A stretch of DNA of 43,152 nucleotides from a virus. Shown piece by piece: positions 41,467 to 43,152 of this stretch. The position numbers and the translations under genes are program-made. The notes below the pieces were generated by a model. That model saw nothing but the letters and a program-made list of their open reading frames with translations. It did no database searches and was not told where the DNA came from. The stretch spans positions 1 to 43,152 of the IMG/VR virus record IMGVR_UViG_3300023212_000175. One strand, 5' to 3'. The stretch's first letter is position 1, and each line of letters starts with the position of its first letter.

Positions 41467-41508
41467 GCGCTGCGCTGCCCTGCGCTTCAATGCGGGGCAG
41501 CGCAGCGC
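41467..41508. promoter_or_regulatory. Perfect 14-bp GC-rich inverted repeat GCGCTGCGCTGCCC / GGGCAGCGCAGCGC with a 14-nt loop
   Basis: Read directly. It lies 35-75 bp upstream of the late -35. No U-run follows on either strand. Confidence 0.7.
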
Positions 41509-41530
41509 AAACTTACCCTACCCCAACGAA

Positions 41531-41617
41531 ACGAAAGGTTTTCTAGGGCTTTACTGCCCCGAATAAAAAACGAAAGGTTATTTGCACGTCCAATAACTTC
41601 TCGCCTCACGAAAGGTT
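41531..41617 (+). repeat. Three direct copies of ACGAAAGGTT (41531..41540, 41570..41579, 41608..41617), spaced 39 and 38 bp
   Basis: Read directly. The same core occurs twice in inverted orientation at 160..168 and 221..229. Confidence 0.8.
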
Positions 41618-41775
41618 ATGAGAATTTATTTTTTCTACGACGGAAATATGGTTCGACACTTTCAGGGGACCCCTTTTGTGGAAAATAGTGGGAGGTCAAG
41701 CCCGGCGCTCGCGCCGGGGGGAGCGACGGTCGTGGGACTCCTACGGACATGGGGGTGGGGGTGTCTGAAGTTAAC

Positions 41776-41945
41776 TTTGGATAATAAGATCTTAATATCT
41801 TAATAGTTTAAGAGTTTAAGATCTTTTTGTCTTAATAGTTTAAGATATTAAGATCTTAAATTCTTAATATATTAATACCTGAATACCTTTTTATATTGAG
41901 AGATTAATACCTTTCTATCTTAATATCTTAATACCTTAATATCCG
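41776..41945. repeat. AT-rich microrepeat array (CTTAATA / ATCTTAA units in both orientations) preceded by a DnaA-box-like TTATCCAAA (reverse complement of 41776..41784); candidate replication origin
   Basis: CTTAATA starts at 41791, 41799, 41831, 41863, 41919, 41927 and 41935. TAAGAT starts at 41786, 41816, 41841 and 41848. CTTAATAGTTTAAG occurs twice. TTAATACCT occurs three times. Confidence 0.5.
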
Positions 41946-41960
41946 AAATAGCTGCAAAAA

Positions 41961-41988
41961 GAAAACCGGAGTTTTACCTCCGGTTTTC
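41961..41988 (-). terminator. Intrinsic terminator for leftward transcription: GAAAACCGGAG / CTCCGGTTTTC stem, 6-nt loop, T5 run on the minus strand
   Basis: An 11-bp perfect stem read directly. On the minus strand it is followed by TTTTTGCAGC (reverse complement of 41951..41960). It lies 5 nt after the stop of the 41993..42148 ORF. Confidence 0.8.
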
Positions 41989-41992
41989 TGAA

Positions 41993-42148
41993 TTACCTCC
42001 AGCCTTTCGGCGTCCCGTAGACCATCCGCGCGCGCCTCCCCTCAGCCTGATTAGCGCGAAGTCGCGCGCGTCGCAGAAGGTACAAAGAGAAAGGATCGTA
42101 GTCCAGAGAGTCAATCACCTGAGAGAAAATCCGTTGGGTTTTAATCAT
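41993..42148 (-). CDS. 51-aa Arg-rich peptide
   Basis: Hand translation: MIKTQRIFSQVIDSLDYDPFSLYLLRRARLRANQAEGRRARMVYGTPKGWR. An AGGAG RBS lies 7 nt upstream. A terminator follows. Confidence 0.5.
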   Translation of the reverse strand: MIKTQRIFSQVIDSLDYDPFSLYLLRRARLRANQAEGRRARMVYGTPKGWR

Positions 42149-42154
42149 AATTCA

Positions 42155-42187
42155 CTCCTGGTCCTAGGATAGCCCAAAGACCAGGAG
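42155..42187 (-). promoter_or_regulatory. 9-bp perfect hairpin (CTCCTGGTC / GACCAGGAG, 15-nt loop) that sequesters the Shine-Dalgarno of the 51-aa ORF
   Basis: On the minus-strand mRNA, the AGGAG used as RBS for ATG 42148 is the 3' arm of the stem. Confidence 0.55.
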
Positions 42188-42207
42188 CGAAAAATCGGGA
42201 ATTCACC

Positions 42208-42393
42208 TTATGACGGTACTACGAAGCGGCGCGCGCCCAGGCGAATCTCTTGACAGTTTGGAGTGCCCCAACAACCAGTTCGGACCCACGAACCAATTTC
42301 GGAGTACTCGATTTCGACGCGTCCGCGCAGAAGCAAGTACGCGTTGTACACTCCGTCTTCGTTACCCATGTCGTACACTTTGAGATTTACCAT
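42208..42393 (-). CDS. 61-aa hypothetical protein (start trimmed to ATG 42393)
   Basis: A GGAGGA RBS (42403..42398) lies 4 nt upstream of the ATG. The ORF-track TTG start at 42405 lies inside the RBS. Confidence 0.6.
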   Translation of the reverse strand: MVNLKVYDMGNEDGVYNAYLLLRGRVEIEYSEIGSWVRTGCWGTPNCQEIRLGARRFVVPS

Positions 42394-42410
42394 AGAATCC
42401 TCCAAAACAA

Positions 42411-42448
42411 GAATACCCGATTAAGACTTTCGCCTCAATCGGGTATTC
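42411..42448 (-). terminator. 12-bp perfect hairpin (GAATACCCGATT / AATCGGGTATTC, 14-nt loop) followed by TTGTTTT on the minus strand; attenuator or partial terminator between cassette genes 1 and 2
   Basis: Read directly in the 42406..42462 gap. Confidence 0.55.
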
Positions 42449-42462
42449 ACTTGACATAGGTA

Positions 42463-42891
42463 CTACGCCGTCGCGGGTTCTGCGTCTACCTCCATCTCCA
42501 TCGTGAGCAGGACGATTTTGCGCGCTTGGACTTCCGTGATGGGCTTACCCTTGGCCGCACGCGCCTTGACCAGTTGCTCCACTTGTCGATTGATAGCTTT
42601 CTCCGGACCTTCGAGCTTATTGAGCAGAGCCGCGCGAACCGTGGCGCGCGCTTTGAGATTCGCGCCATAATTCTCACAGACAAGCAATTCGGCTGTTTTC
42701 GGCGCCAACTTGACAACCGTTTTGCCGTCTGCGAGCTGAAACTCCACCACGTCTCCGGAGTTATCCCCGAGGACAGAAAGAATGTCTTCTGCGGATTCGA
42801 AGAAGGGAAAAGTAACCGGCGATTGCTCGATTATTTCCTTCCCTTGCGCGTCCTTGATTTTTACCTCGACAACACCTGATATCGTTTTCAT
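42463..42891 (-). CDS. 142-aa hypothetical protein, first gene of the leftward cassette
   Basis: Long ORF with no recognisable motif. Its G+C looks higher (about 55% by eye) than in the early arm. Confidence 0.65.
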   Translation of the reverse strand: MKTISGVVEVKIKDAQGKEIIEQSPVTFPFFESAEDILSVLGDNSGDVVEFQLADGKTVVKLAPKTAELLVCENYGANLKARATVRAALLNKLEGPEKAINRQVEQLVKARAAKGKPITEVQARKIVLLTMEMEVDAEPATA

Positions 42892-42955
42892 CTTTTTTTG
42901 CCTTTTCTCCGGATTTCCGGTTCCGGTTCCGTTCGGCCCTTTTCCGGCCTAATTC

Positions 42956-42984
42956 ATATTCGCATAACCAACCAAAAAAGTCAA
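42956..42984 (-). promoter_or_regulatory. Candidate leftward promoter: TTGACT (42984..42979), 17 nt, GAATAT (42961..42956)
   Basis: Good -35, weak -10. It is divergent from the early promoter across the circular junction. Confidence 0.35.
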
Positions 42985-43025
42985 GTACTTTCGACAAACA
43001 TTTTTCGGCCGCACCCCCCTAAAAT

Positions 43026-43152
43026 CCGGCCGTCCACCCGCTGTCCACCCGCCGAATGCGGCCCGAATTCGATCGAGCAAAACGCATAAATGCCGCGCTA
43101 TCATAAGTTTACCCGTATTCAAAGCCTCACTACCCCTATGTTCAAAAAAAAA
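43026..43152. repeat. Exact 127-bp terminal duplication, copy 2 (identical to 1..127)
   Basis: See the entry for 1..127. Confidence 0.95.

Noticed and set aside
41640-41670. GGTTCGA (T-loop-like) sequence suggesting a tRNA
   Set aside because: The flanks cannot form a T-stem, acceptor stem or anticodon arm. I found no tRNA-like cloverleaf anywhere in the non-coding regions.
41359-41803. + strand ORFs 41359..41688 (109 aa) and 41618..41803 (61 aa) in the control region
   Set aside because: The first starts inside the first late gene and reads through the palindrome and the repeats. The second has no usable RBS spacing. The composition looks non-coding.
41776-41945. Possible CRISPR array
   Set aside because: The repeat units are only about 7 nt, occur in both orientations and lack 25-40-nt spacers. 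No cas genes are present (the Cas4-like nuclease is a recombination-type enzyme).
42761-43089. ORFs 42761..42997 (-) and 42898..43089 (+) near the junction
   Set aside because: They overlap the candidate promoter region and the 142-aa gene in other frames. They are low complexity and basic, with no RBS.
1-43152. Temperate lifestyle or prophage interpretation (the divergent promoters resemble a genetic switch)
   Set aside because: No integrase, recombinase, excisionase, CI-like repressor or attachment-site repeat could be identified, so I do not claim lysogeny.

Overview
The window is one complete, circularly closing dsDNA tailed-phage genome, most likely a metagenome assembly. Bases 1..127 are repeated exactly at 43026..43152, leaving 43,025 unique bp.

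Layout:
- Rightward early/replication arm (about 429..16886). It is tightly packed and translationally coupled. It encodes an SNF2 helicase, a J-domain protein, a vWA protein, a Cas4-like PD-(D/E)XK nuclease, an AAA_24/Sak4-like ATPase, a beta-class DNA methyltransferase, a UDG(family 4)-3'-5' exo-PolA fusion, a LuxR-type HTH protein and many small zinc-ribbon proteins.
- Leftward late arm (41394 down to 16883), with T7-like podovirus gene order. In order it carries an HTH/TerS candidate, TerL, portal, scaffold, major capsid, adaptor/tail proteins and three large ejection-type proteins. The last of these has an N-terminal lytic transglycosylase domain.
- Small leftward three-gene cassette (42891 down to 41993), relatively G+C-rich, with a hairpin after every gene.
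- About 600 bp of non-coding control region (41395..41992), plus the divergent-promoter region that spans the circular junction.

I found no tRNA, rRNA, CRISPR array, integrase, phage RNA polymerase, recognisable primase or canonical endolysin.

Most interesting observations:
- A divergent PurD-like ATP-grasp ligase is wedged between portal and scaffold genes. This is my best candidate for an undescribed system: enzymatic modification of a virion protein.
- A J-domain / Zn-peptide / vWA / Cys-peptide chain follows the SNF2 helicase.
- GCGCGC is strongly over-represented genome-wide.
- The motif ACGAAAGGT is shared by the early and late control regions.
- A consensus late promoter appears to give a leaderless mRNA.
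- An AT-rich heptamer array may be the replication origin.
- The hairpin-punctuated leftward cassette encodes three small proteins of unknown function.

All functional calls rest on motifs read by eye from the translations. No database search was possible.
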